This document shows positions 39,296 to 48,171 of a DNA stretch of 48,275 nt, piece by piece. A program made the position numbers and the translations under genes. Numbering within the stretch: the first letter of the stretch is position 1; the number at the start of each line of letters is the position of its first letter. The notes below the pieces were generated by a model. The model was not told where the DNA came from, did not search any database, and saw nothing but the letters and a program-made list of their open reading frames with translations. Origin of the DNA: Anaerolineae bacterium (lineage in GTDB: Bacteria; Chloroflexota; Anaerolineae; B4-G1); the NCBI GenBank assembly GCA_034437315.1, contig DAOTUC010000154.1:1-48275 (forward strand). The letters run 5' to 3'.

Positions 39296-40315
39296 ATGCG
39301 CTTTGACGTACAGCCGATCACGTTAAATCTGAAGACGCCGTTCCGTATCGCCCACGGGACCAGTTACGCCCGTCACAACGTGCTCGTTCACCTGGGCGAT
39401 GGGGTGGGGGAGGGCGCGCCGGTCTCCCATTATGGATACAACCAGGCCCAGGCCGTCGATTACCTGCGCGGGCTGGATCTGGAGGCTTTGCTGGGAGACG
39501 ATCCCCTGGCCCTGGAGGATGTGTTGGATCGGCTTCCCCCGGGCCCGGCGCCGGCGCGGGCGGCCTTCGACGTCGCCTTGCACGATCATTGGGCGCGGAC
39601 ATTGGGTTATCCGCTTTACCGCTTGTGGGGATTGAATCCCGAACGGACGCCGTTGAGTTCACTGACCATCAGCATGACCGAGGATGAGGCGGAACTGCGC
39701 CGGCGACTGCGAACCGCCGAGAGATTCCCCATCCTCAAATTAAAACTGGGAAGCGGCGACCTGGACGCCGACGAGGCGATTGTCCGAATCGCTCGTGAGG
39801 AGAGCGAGGTCCGCCTCTGCGTGGACGCCAACAGCGCCTGGCGTGTGGACGAGGCGCTGCGCATCATCCCCCGGTTGGCGGCGTATGGATTGCTGTTTGT
39901 CGAGCAGCCCATCGCCGTCGACGACGTGGCGGGTTGGCATCGCTTGCGCCGGTCTCTCCCGGACGATTTGCTGCCGCTCATCGCCGATGAGAGCATACGC
40001 GGGCCCGGCGACGTCATCGCGCTGCACGGGGCGATCCAGGGGATCAACATCAAAATCACCAAGGTCGGTGGGTTGCGCGCGGCGCGGCGGATGATCGGGT
40101 TGGCGCGGGCGCTGGATATGCAGGTCATGCTGGGGTGTATGGTGGAGAGTTCCGTGGGGATCACAGCCGCCGCCCACCTGTCGCCGCTGGTCGATTTCGC
40201 CGACCTGGATGGCAACCTGGACGTGATCAACGATCCCTACTGCGGGGTGAAGATGGAGGCCGGTCGCCTTCACCTTCCCCAGAGCGCGGGCCTGGGCGTC
40301 CGGCGCAGGGCCTGA
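39296..40315 (+). CDS. Dipeptide (L-Ala-D/L-Glu) epimerase, enolase superfamily.
   Basis: FPILKLKLG...LCVDANSAW...LLFVEQP...PLIADES...INIKITKVGG...MLGCMVESSVG...ADLDG. Confidence 0.85.
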   Translation: MRFDVQPITLNLKTPFRIAHGTSYARHNVLVHLGDGVGEGAPVSHYGYNQAQAVDYLRGLDLEALLGDDPLALEDVLDRLPPGPAPARAAFDVALHDHWARTLGYPLYRLWGLNPERTPLSSLTISMTEDEAELRRRLRTAERFPILKLKLGSGDLDADEAIVRIAREESEVRLCVDANSAWRVDEALRIIPRLAAYGLLFVEQPIAVDDVAGWHRLRRSLPDDLLPLIADESIRGPGDVIALHGAIQGINIKITKVGGLRAARRMIGLARALDMQVMLGCMVESSVGITAAAHLSPLVDFADLDGNLDVINDPYCGVKMEAGRLHLPQSAGLGVRRRA

Positions 40316-40462
40316 AAGATTTGGGTGCTGTTTGTAGTGCGTGCGCTAGATAGCGGCGCTATCTAGCGGCGCTAGGTAGCGGCTTCAGCGCGCTTTTACG
40401 GCGATAAATCGCCTACTACGAACTTGGCCCCAAGTGAAATGAAACACACCTGAAAGATTTGG
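40311..40462. repeat. Copy of the nested-hairpin repeat family, bracketed by a 14-bp direct repeat. It sits directly after the epimerase stop codon.
   Basis: cctgaaagatttgg occurs at 40311-40324 and again at 40449-40462. The interior 40381-40452 is the reverse complement of 4061-4131, at about 66 of 72 positions by my manual alignment. There is an internal palindrome gcgctagatagcg / gcgctatctagcg. The outer stem is gtttgtagt...actacgaac. Confidence 0.85.
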
Positions 40463-40471
40463 TTAGCTGCT

Positions 40472-40500
40472 TTGACACCTTCTCAAGGCTATGTTATAGT
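40472..40500 (+). promoter_or_regulatory. Near-consensus promoter placed so that the trmD mRNA would be almost leaderless.
   Basis: ttgaca (40472-40477), 17 nt, then tatagt (40495-40500). The trmD ATG is at 40510. Confidence 0.5.
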
Positions 40501-40509
40501 TTATTCACT

Positions 40510-41229
40510 ATGCGCTTCGACATTTTTACAATCTTTCCTTCGATGTTTGAAGGGCCGTTACACGCGAGTATCCTCCAACGCGCGCAGGAGAGCGGGCGTC
40601 TTTCTGCTCACACTCACGACATTCGCGATTATGCGACCGATAAACATCGCATCACCGACGACGCGCCCTACGGCGGGGGCGGCGGCATGATCATGAAACC
40701 AGAACCGATTTTCTCCGCTGTCGAGGCGGTGCTGGATGAAGCGCCCGACACGCCCGTCATCCTTCTGAGCCCACAGGGCCGTCTCTTCACCCAGGCGCTC
40801 GCTCACGAGCTGGCGCAACGCCCGCGCGTCGCGTTGATCTGCGGGCGATATGAGGGGGTAGACGAGCGGGTGCGCCAACACCTGGCGACCGATGAAATTT
40901 CCATCGGCGATTACGTACTCACCGGCGGCGAGTTAGCCGCGATGATCATCGTCGACGCGGTGACGCGGCTCCTGCCGGGCGTCCTGGGCGACCCTGGGGC
41001 GACCCTCGACGATTCTCACGCGCGGGGATTGCTGGAAGGCCCACACTATACCCGTCCTGCCGTCTACCGGGGATGGGAAGTCCCGCCGATCCTGCTTTCC
41101 GGCGACCACGCGGCGGTCGCTCGATGGCGGCGGGAGCAATCATTGCGCCGGACGGCCGAACGACGCCCGGACCTGCTGGCGGACGCCGACTTGACCGCCG
41201 AGGATCGCGAGTTTTTATCCAGAATTTGA
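40510..41229 (+). CDS. trmD: tRNA (guanine37-N1)-methyltransferase.
   Basis: [23 protein letters not shown]...HDIRDY..DKHR..DD.PYGGG.GM.MKPEP...[13 protein letters not shown]...[13 protein letters not shown]. Confidence 0.95.
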   Translation: MRFDIFTIFPSMFEGPLHASILQRAQESGRLSAHTHDIRDYATDKHRITDDAPYGGGGGMIMKPEPIFSAVEAVLDEAPDTPVILLSPQGRLFTQALAHELAQRPRVALICGRYEGVDERVRQHLATDEISIGDYVLTGGELAAMIIVDAVTRLLPGVLGDPGATLDDSHARGLLEGPHYTRPAVYRGWEVPPILLSGDHAAVARWRREQSLRRTAERRPDLLADADLTAEDREFLSRI

Positions 41230-41298
41230 TGTCAAATCATTGAACCTTTCGACGCCGATCATAGTATATGTAGTACACGTAACGAGGGGTGCGTCATA

Positions 41299-41697
41299 AT
41301 GGAGCAAGCGGATGGACGGCTTGTCGCTCGTGTGCGAGAGGGCGATTTAGACGCTCTGGGAGAGCTATACCGGCGTTATGCGGATATGGTCTATCGCACC
41401 GCTTACGCCATCACCCGGGACGAGCGGAGCGCCGAGGACATTTTGCAAGAAACGTTCATTCGCGTCTACACCTACGCCGACGCCATCGACGAGACGTTAG
41501 CGCTGGGGCCGTGGTTATACCGGGTGACGGTCAACCAGTCCTACGATTGGATGAACCGGATCAAGCGCTGGTTCTATTCAGTTCAAGACGTATGGGATCG
41601 GTGGGCTGCGCCTTCCCACTGGCGGCCCGAGAAGGCGGCCAAAGAGCAGGAATGGCGAATCGCCCTTCATCAGGCATTGGGTTTTAGACCGTCATAG
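41299..41697 (+). CDS. ECF-type sigma-70 family protein fragment: region 2 only, region 4 missing.
   Basis: REGDLDALGELYRRYADMVYRTAYAITRDERSAEDILQETFIRVY...LGPWLYRVTVNQSYDWMNR covers sigma regions 2.1-2.4. The ORF stops about 40 aa later, with no HTH-containing region 4. Confidence 0.7.
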   Translation: MEQADGRLVARVREGDLDALGELYRRYADMVYRTAYAITRDERSAEDILQETFIRVYTYADAIDETLALGPWLYRVTVNQSYDWMNRIKRWFYSVQDVWDRWAAPSHWRPEKAAKEQEWRIALHQALGFRPS

Positions 41698-41703
41698 GTC
41701 AAG

Positions 41704-41731
41704 TTGCGGTTTCTGAGTAATTAAGTATAAT
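41704..41731 (+). promoter_or_regulatory. Promoter of the peptide ABC transporter operon.
   Basis: ttgcgg (41704-41709), 16 nt, then tataat (41726-41731). Confidence 0.5.
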
Positions 41732-41779
41732 TCATCATAGTCTCTGTTCCAAGCTATCGTATTATCTTGAAGGGGTGTT

Positions 41780-42790
41780 ATGTCTGAACAACAATCTTCG
41801 AACATCTTGCTCGACATGAAGAACCTCAAAACCCGCTTTTATACCGAGGACGGCGTGGTGCACGCTGTCAACGGCGTTTCATACAAATTGGAAGAAGGCG
41901 GGACGTTGGGGGTCGTCGGCGAGAGTGGGTGTGGAAAGAGCGTGCACGCGCTCTCTATTATGCGCTTGATACCCAGTCCGCCGGGCCGAATTGAGGAGGG
42001 GGAAATCTGGTTTGCCGGGCGCGATTTACTGAAATTAAGTCGAAGGGATATGCACCACGTCCGTGGCGCGGAAATCGCGATGGTCTTCCAGGACCCGATG
42101 ACGTCGTTGAACCCGGTGTACACTGTAGGCTTCCAGATCGTGGAGGCGCTCAAACTTCACCAGGGAATGGACCAGGCGCAGTCTCGAGATCGGGCGACGG
42201 AGTTGCTGATGATGGTTGGCATCCCCGAGGCGCGTCAGCGGCTGGACGATTACCCGCATCAATTCTCCGGCGGGATGCGCCAGCGGGCGATGATCGCGAT
42301 GGCGCTCTCGTGTAATCCCAAACTCCTGATCGCCGACGAGCCGACGACCGCCCTGGACGTGACGATCCAGGCCCAGATATTGGATCTGGTCAAGCGCTTG
42401 CAGGAGAAATTGGGGATGGCGGTCATGTGGATTACCCACGACCTGGGCATCGTAGCCGGTTTAGCGATGAAGGTCAATGTGATGTATGCCGGGTACATCG
42501 TCGAGCGGGGTAATGTGAAGGACATCTATTTGCAGCCCCATCATCCTTACACGAAAGGTTTGTTAGGATCGTTGCCGCGATTGGATGCGCCGCCTGGCAC
42601 GCGCCTGGTTTCCATCCCCGGCTTGCCGCCGGACCTGGTCGATTTGCCGCCCGGTTGCCCGTTTGCCGCGCGGTGCACCTACGCCATCGACAAATGCCTG
42701 GAGGCGATGCCCCCGTTGGAGGAGATCGCTGGGGAAGGGCACATCGTCGCCTGCTGGCGGTGGAAGGACGTTGTAGGAGGGTCGAACTAA
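41780..42790 (+). CDS. Oligopeptide/dipeptide ABC transporter ATP-binding protein (OppD/DppD type).
   Basis: [11 protein letters not shown] is the Walker A. FSGGMRQR is the signature. [12 protein letters not shown] is the Walker B. The C-terminal oligopeptide-type extension is PGCPFAARC. Confidence 0.93.
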   Translation: MSEQQSSNILLDMKNLKTRFYTEDGVVHAVNGVSYKLEEGGTLGVVGESGCGKSVHALSIMRLIPSPPGRIEEGEIWFAGRDLLKLSRRDMHHVRGAEIAMVFQDPMTSLNPVYTVGFQIVEALKLHQGMDQAQSRDRATELLMMVGIPEARQRLDDYPHQFSGGMRQRAMIAMALSCNPKLLIADEPTTALDVTIQAQILDLVKRLQEKLGMAVMWITHDLGIVAGLAMKVNVMYAGYIVERGNVKDIYLQPHHPYTKGLLGSLPRLDAPPGTRLVSIPGLPPDLVDLPPGCPFAARCTYAIDKCLEAMPPLEEIAGEGHIVACWRWKDVVGGSN

Positions 42791-43788
42791 TGGGTGTAGA
42801 ACAACAGGAAGCTTTGGTCCAAGTTCGTCATTTGAAGAAGTACTTTCCCATCATGCGCGGAGCCGTGATCCAGCGCCACGTGGGCGACGTCAAGGCGGTC
42901 GATGGCGTCAGTTTCGACATTTACAAGGGCGAGACCCTGGGATTGGTCGGCGAGACCGGCAGCGGTAAGACCACTATCGGGCGGACCGTTTTGCGTCTCT
43001 ACGAACCGACGGCCGGAGATATCGTCTTCGACGATGTGGACCTGATGAGCCTGCGAGGGGCTGACCTGCGGGATATTCGCCGTCGGATGCAGATGATTTT
43101 CCAGGACCCGTACGCCTCGCTGAATCCCCGGATGACTGTCGGTTCTATCGTCAGCGAGCCGCTGGAGGTGCACGGCGTCGGCAATGGGCGGGAACGGCGG
43201 GAACGTGTACAGGAGTTGCTGAAATTGGTCGGTTTGAACCCGTATTTCGTCAACCGTTACCCCCACGAGTTTTCGGGCGGACAGCGGCAGCGGATTGGCA
43301 TTGCTCGCGCGTTGGCCCTGAACCCGGATTTGATCATCTGCGATGAGCCGATCTCCTCCCTCGACGTCTCCATCCAGGCCCAGGTGGTCAACTTGTTGGA
43401 AGATTTGCAGTCCCAGATGGGTTTGACCTACCTATTCATCGCCCACGACTTGAGTATGGTGCGGCACATCAGCGATCGCATGGCAGTGATGTACCTGGGT
43501 AAGATTATGGAATTGACCGACCGAGATGAGATCTATCTGAACCCCTTGCACCCGTATACGCAAGCCCTGATGTCGGCGGTGCCGGTGCCGGACCCGCTGG
43601 TCGAAGAGAAGCGGCAGCGCATCATTTTGGAGGGCGATATTCCCAGTCCCTCCGACCCACCCGTTGGCTGTAATTTCAGCACCCGTTGTCCACGGGCCAT
43701 CGACGTTTGTTCCGAGGTTGATCCGGCGTTCATCGAAGTTAGGCCGGGGCATTATTGCGCCTGCCATCTTGTTGAAGAAAAAATGTAG
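42790..43788 (+). CDS. Oligopeptide/dipeptide ABC transporter ATP-binding protein (OppF/DppF type).
   Basis: The ATG overlaps the upstream stop as [25 protein letters not shown] and [12 protein letters not shown] are present, and the C-terminus has GCNFSTRCP. The track's extension to 42655 lies inside the upstream gene. Confidence 0.93.
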   Translation: MGVEQQEALVQVRHLKKYFPIMRGAVIQRHVGDVKAVDGVSFDIYKGETLGLVGETGSGKTTIGRTVLRLYEPTAGDIVFDDVDLMSLRGADLRDIRRRMQMIFQDPYASLNPRMTVGSIVSEPLEVHGVGNGRERRERVQELLKLVGLNPYFVNRYPHEFSGGQRQRIGIARALALNPDLIICDEPISSLDVSIQAQVVNLLEDLQSQMGLTYLFIAHDLSMVRHISDRMAVMYLGKIMELTDRDEIYLNPLHPYTQALMSAVPVPDPLVEEKRQRIILEGDIPSPSDPPVGCNFSTRCPRAIDVCSEVDPAFIEVRPGHYCACHLVEEKM

Positions 43789-43893
43789 TCAGTCGTATGA
43801 ATGAGGGGAGGTGATTCTATCGGGTATCTGAGATGTGTTCGAATGTGTGTGAAAGACTGTCGAATCTATCTAAATCTCTAAGGAGGAGAAAAC

Positions 43894-45639
43894 ATGTTTT
43901 CCAAAAAGTTGTATATCCTGGCTACACTCGTGTTAGCTGGGAGCCTCTTGCTTTCTGCCTGTGGGCAACAAGAGGTCATCAGGACTGTCGAAATCACCGT
44001 TCCGGGCGAAGAGGTTGAGGTGGTTGTCACTGCGCCGCCCGAGATGGTCGAGGTCACGCGCGAGGTCGAGGTCGAGGTCGAGGTTGAGGCGCCGACCGAG
44101 CCGGGATTGAGCGCTGCTTGCACTTACAACGCTTACCGGATGGGTTGGGTGATGGACTATGGCGATGCTGAGAACATCCTCAACGTCGTCTACCACCCCG
44201 ATTCCCCCTTCCAGTACACCTTCTGGGACGACGACGAGTACCGGGACCTGGTCGAACAGGCGCTGACCGAGTTCGACCCCGACGTCCGCGCCGACCTGTG
44301 GAGCCAGGCGGAGCAGATCCTGCTGACCGACCACGTGTCGATCATCCCCGTCTTCTACTACGATCGCACCGAGCTACTGAATCCGGACATCGAGGCGGTC
44401 TTCCCGCCCTTCGGCTCGCCGCCCGTCAAGCATTGGCGCTTGCCGGCCGGTCAGACTGAATTGATCTACCGGGTCGCGACCGAACCGCCCACACTGGACG
44501 TCAACACCGCGACCGACACCACCTCCCACCTGGTCCAGCACCAGATCATGGACGCGCTCTACGAGTACACCGCCGACGGCGAGATCGAGCCGGCGGGCGC
44601 TGTCTCCTACGAAGTTTCAGACGACGGCCTGGTCTACACCATCAACCTGCGCGAGGACGCGGCCTGGTCGGATGGCGAGCCCGTGACCGCCCAGCACTAC
44701 GTGGACGGCATCACCCGCTTGCTGGAACCCGCGACCGCCGCCGAGTACGCCTGGCTGATGTACGTGGTCGAGGGCGCCGAGGCCTTCAACACCGGCGAGA
44801 CGGACGATCCCGCCACCCTGGGCGTGCGCGCGATTGACGATTACACCCTCGAGATCACGCTGAAAGAGGCCGCCTCTTACTTCGACAGCATCCTGGCCTT
44901 CTCCACCACCTACCCCGTCCGCCTGGACGTCATCAACGAGTACGGCGAGCTGTGGGCCGAGCCCGGTAACTTCGTCGGCAATGGCGCGTTCTTGCTGACC
45001 GAATGGGCGCACGACGATTACGTGGTGGTCGAGAAGAACCCCGATTACTGGGGCGCCGCCGACGTGACGGTCGAGCGGATCACCTTCCCCATCATCATTG
45101 AGGACGCGACCGCGTTGGCCGCTTACGAGCGCGGCGAGTTGGACGTTGGCGGGTTCCCCGGCGATGAGCTGCCTCGCTTGCTAGAGGACATGCCGGATCA
45201 CGTCCGCGTCTTGACCCGCCCCGGCCCATACTACATCGGGCTGAACTTCCTCCGCGAACCCACCGACAACGTGAACCTCCGCAAGGCGCTGGCTTCGTCC
45301 ATCGACAAGCGCGCGATCCTGGACAGTGTGCTCCAGATGCCCTGGCGTCAGGACGCCTGCGGCGTGATCCCGCCCAACATCCCCGGTCACCAGGGCTGCG
45401 GCGAGGTTGGCTATGAGTTCAACCCCGACGCCGCGATGGGTTACCTGGAAGCCGCGGTGGACGAGATGGGCGTCGAGGAAGCTGGCGACATCACGCTCAA
45501 CCTCTGGTTCAACCGGGGCAACGAGGACGTTCTGGACGCAGTCGCCGAGCAGTGGGAAACCAACCTCGGCATCAACGTCAACGTGACCATCATGGAGTGG
45601 GCCGCGTACCTGGACACTCTTGATCAGTGCAACAACTAA
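43894..45639 (+). CDS. Family-5 (peptide/nickel) ABC substrate-binding lipoprotein with swapped segment order (apparent circular permutation).
   Basis: The lipobox is in LLLSAC, followed by a Glu/Val linker. Next comes AYRMGWVMDYGDAENIL...DVRADLWSQAEQILLTDHVSIIPVFYY, which is normally the C-terminal segment. Then LIYRVATEPPTLDVNTATDTTS...YEVSDDGLVYTINLREDAAWSDGEPVTA, which is normally the N-terminus. The protein ends at ...VTIMEWAAYLDTLDQCNN. SD aaggagg is present. Confidence 0.9.
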   Translation: MFSKKLYILATLVLAGSLLLSACGQQEVIRTVEITVPGEEVEVVVTAPPEMVEVTREVEVEVEVEAPTEPGLSAACTYNAYRMGWVMDYGDAENILNVVYHPDSPFQYTFWDDDEYRDLVEQALTEFDPDVRADLWSQAEQILLTDHVSIIPVFYYDRTELLNPDIEAVFPPFGSPPVKHWRLPAGQTELIYRVATEPPTLDVNTATDTTSHLVQHQIMDALYEYTADGEIEPAGAVSYEVSDDGLVYTINLREDAAWSDGEPVTAQHYVDGITRLLEPATAAEYAWLMYVVEGAEAFNTGETDDPATLGVRAIDDYTLEITLKEAASYFDSILAFSTTYPVRLDVINEYGELWAEPGNFVGNGAFLLTEWAHDDYVVVEKNPDYWGAADVTVERITFPIIIEDATALAAYERGELDVGGFPGDELPRLLEDMPDHVRVLTRPGPYYIGLNFLREPTDNVNLRKALASSIDKRAILDSVLQMPWRQDACGVIPPNIPGHQGCGEVGYEFNPDAAMGYLEAAVDEMGVEEAGDITLNLWFNRGNEDVLDAVAEQWETNLGINVNVTIMEWAAYLDTLDQCNN

Positions 45640-45659
45640 CCTAGTTTGATAGCTGCTTT

Positions 45660-45691
45660 CCCCCTGGGGTTCCCTCGGGAGCCCCAGGGGG
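45660..45691 (+). promoter_or_regulatory. GC-rich stem-loop between the SBP gene and the permease genes. It has no T-tract, so it may be a processing or stability element.
   Basis: ccccctgggg (45660-45669) pairs with ccccaggggg (45682-45691). Confidence 0.45.
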
Positions 45692-45834
45692 GCTTGAGAT
45701 TGAACGCTGATCACGAGTGTAATCACAAATTCACAAATGTGGAATAGCCCTCTACTTTATGGTTTTGTGATTGCATTTGTGGACTGGACAGAAAGCGACC
45801 TTAAGACGGGTATATTTTTTAGGAGAGTGAGAGT

Positions 45835-46968
45835 ATGCAACGATTAATCGCGCAGCGAATTATCTGGAGTATCCCGGTGCTTATCATGATCACGGTCGTC
45901 ACGTTTGGCATGATGCAGCTCGTGCCCGGCGGCCCTTTCTCTGGCTCCGCGTCGGGGCGTCCGGTCACTCCGGAGATCAGGGCCAATATGGAGGCCAAAT
46001 ACGGCTTGAATAAGCCAGCCTGGCAGCAGTACCTGAGCTATATGGAGCGCCTGTTGCTCCATTTCGACTTCGGGCCTTCTCTGCGGCGCACCGGTCGCTC
46101 GGTCAACACGATGCTCTTTGGCTCGAACTACATGGTGGACGTGTTGCGTGAGCAATTACGGGCCACGTTCGACCTGGAGGCCAGTTCGATGACGTTCACC
46201 GAGACCCCATCTCTGTTCGATTCTGAGGCGCTGGTGATTAAAACGAATGGAGAGATCATCGGCTACGTGTCTATCGGATGGCGGGAGCGATTGGATGCCA
46301 TTGGACGCTTTATGCAGTTGGCGCCGATCATGGTCTCCGCCCAGGTGGGCTTTGTCTCCATGATTTTGGCGCTCCTGATCGGCGTTCCCCTGGGTATCAT
46401 CTCCGCGCTCAGACAGAATACGCTGACTGATTACGTGGCGATGTTCTTTTCGATGTTGGGGGTCTCTATCCCTAACTTCCTGTTGGGGATTATCTTGATC
46501 CTGGTCTTCGCCTTGACCCTGGAGTGGTTGCCGACCTATGGCTGGGGGGATGATTGGAAACAGGTGATTTTGCCTGCCATCACGCTGGGCACCGGTGGCA
46601 TGGCTATTATCGCTCGCCTGACGCGGGCCAGCATGCTCGAGGTGATCCGCGCCGATTACATCCGCACCGCCCGCGCGAAGGGCCTGCAAGAACAGGTCGT
46701 CATCGTGCGGCACGCGCTGAAGAACGCGCTGATCCCCGTGACCACCGTCCTGGGGCCGATGATGGCGGCTTGGCTCACCGGTTCCTTCATGGTCGAGTGG
46801 GTCTTCTCCATCGGTGGGATCGGGAAGTTTTTCATCAGCGCCGTCACCGATCGAGACTATATGCTGATTATGGGCTCCATCATCCTGTGGTCGACCGCAT
46901 TGGTCGTGTTTAATTTGCTCGTGGACGTCGCTTATGGCTTTATCGATCCACGTATTCGCTTCGATTAA
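45835..46968 (+). CDS. Peptide ABC transporter permease (OppB/DppB type) with an enlarged first periplasmic loop.
   Basis: RIIWSIPVLIMITVVTFGMMQLVPGGP...KPAWQQYLSYM......EVIRADYIRTARAKGL......IDPRIR. Confidence 0.92.
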   Translation: MQRLIAQRIIWSIPVLIMITVVTFGMMQLVPGGPFSGSASGRPVTPEIRANMEAKYGLNKPAWQQYLSYMERLLLHFDFGPSLRRTGRSVNTMLFGSNYMVDVLREQLRATFDLEASSMTFTETPSLFDSEALVIKTNGEIIGYVSIGWRERLDAIGRFMQLAPIMVSAQVGFVSMILALLIGVPLGIISALRQNTLTDYVAMFFSMLGVSIPNFLLGIILILVFALTLEWLPTYGWGDDWKQVILPAITLGTGGMAIIARLTRASMLEVIRADYIRTARAKGLQEQVVIVRHALKNALIPVTTVLGPMMAAWLTGSFMVEWVFSIGGIGKFFISAVTDRDYMLIMGSIILWSTALVVFNLLVDVAYGFIDPRIRFD

Positions 46969-46978
46969 GGAGTAAGTC

Positions 46979-47995
46979 ATGGCTAAAAAGTTTTCTGCTT
47001 CCGAACGCCGGAAGAAAGAGGAAGAAGAGCGCTTTGTCGGGCGCGGCGTCAGTCTGTGGCAGGACGCTTGGCGGCGATTGTTGCGCAACCGGATGGCGCT
47101 CGCCGGGTTGCTCTTCGCCGCTTTGATGCTCTTCTGTTTTCTCACCGCCGATTTTCTGCCTCCCTATAGCTATCGAGAGGCAGATTACGACGATACGCGG
47201 GCGGGCCCGTCGCTCAAGCATCCGTTTGGGACCGACAAGTTAGGCCGCGACGTCTTTAGCCGTATCTGGTGGGGGACGCGGGTTTCGCTCACGGTGGCGA
47301 TCGTGGGGTCGTTGACCTCCCTGATCATCGGGGTGACCTATGGCTCCATCGCCGGTTATCTGGGCGGCAAGATCGATAATCTGATGATGCGCTTCGTCGA
47401 CGTGATGTACGGCTTCCCAACGCTATTGTTCATCATCCTCATTATGGTCGTGCTGCCCTCCAATAGTGCGATCCAGGGCATGATCAACATCTTCATCGCC
47501 ATCGGCGTCGTGGGTTGGATGGGTATGGCCCGTCTGATTCGCGGGCAGTATCTATCGTTGCGGGAAAAGGAGTTTGTCCTGGCGGCCCAGATGCTCGGCG
47601 CCGGTCCGGCGCGCATCATCTCGCGTCACCTGCTGCCCAATAGCCTGGGGCCGGCCGTCGTTTCTCTGACCTTGGGTATCCCGGGCCTGATCCTGACCGA
47701 GGCGACGCTCAGTTTCATCGGCTTGGGTGTCCCGCCGCCATACCCCAGTTGGGGGCAGATGGTCTCCGAGGGGTGGCGGGGCTTAAGGGCGATGCCCCAC
47801 CTGACGATTTTCCCCGGATTGGCCATCACGTTGACGATGTTGGCTTTCAATTTCCTGGGAGATGGGATGCGAGACGCGCTCGACCCGACGATGCGAGGCA
47901 CCGCCTTGGTCCGGGCGGCCAGGAAAAAGAGCAAGAAGGAAGCGGCCCAGGAGAAGCGAGAGAAGGCCCCTGTCGCTGAGACCGAGACCGCCTAG
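46979..47995 (+). CDS. Peptide ABC transporter permease (OppC/DppC type).
   Basis: HPFGTDKLGRDVFSRIWWG.R.SL......REKEFVLAAQMLGAG..RII.RHLLPN......LGDGMRDALDP. Confidence 0.92.
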   Translation: MAKKFSASERRKKEEEERFVGRGVSLWQDAWRRLLRNRMALAGLLFAALMLFCFLTADFLPPYSYREADYDDTRAGPSLKHPFGTDKLGRDVFSRIWWGTRVSLTVAIVGSLTSLIIGVTYGSIAGYLGGKIDNLMMRFVDVMYGFPTLLFIILIMVVLPSNSAIQGMINIFIAIGVVGWMGMARLIRGQYLSLREKEFVLAAQMLGAGPARIISRHLLPNSLGPAVVSLTLGIPGLILTEATLSFIGLGVPPPYPSWGQMVSEGWRGLRAMPHLTIFPGLAITLTMLAFNFLGDGMRDALDPTMRGTALVRAARKKSKKEAAQEKREKAPVAETETA

Positions 47996-48050
47996 ATCGA
48001 GCAGATACATCTGGGATTTCCTGGCTTCGGTTGTTGATTTGACAACAATT

Positions 48051-48090
48051 AAGGGAGGTACACGCCGATACAGTCGGCTGTACCTCCCTT
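48051..48090 (+). terminator. Intrinsic terminator of the ABC transporter operon.
   Basis: aagggaggtaca(c)gccga, loop tacag, then tcggctgtacctccctt. The stem is 17 bp with one bulge. It is followed by attcatagtgattttt. Confidence 0.65.
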
Positions 48091-48171
48091 ATTCATAGTG
48101 ATTTTTAGTTTCTGTAATCCTCCCGCCGGGAAGAAGCGCCTTTCCTACGCAGGAAAGACGGCGTTCCCCGC

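Noticed and set aside
44060-44090. (gaggtc)n hexanucleotide tandem repeat.
   Set aside because: It simply encodes the Glu/Val-rich (EVEVEVEVE) linker after the lipobox of the SBP. It could be a slippage-prone length variable, but nothing suggests a separate element.
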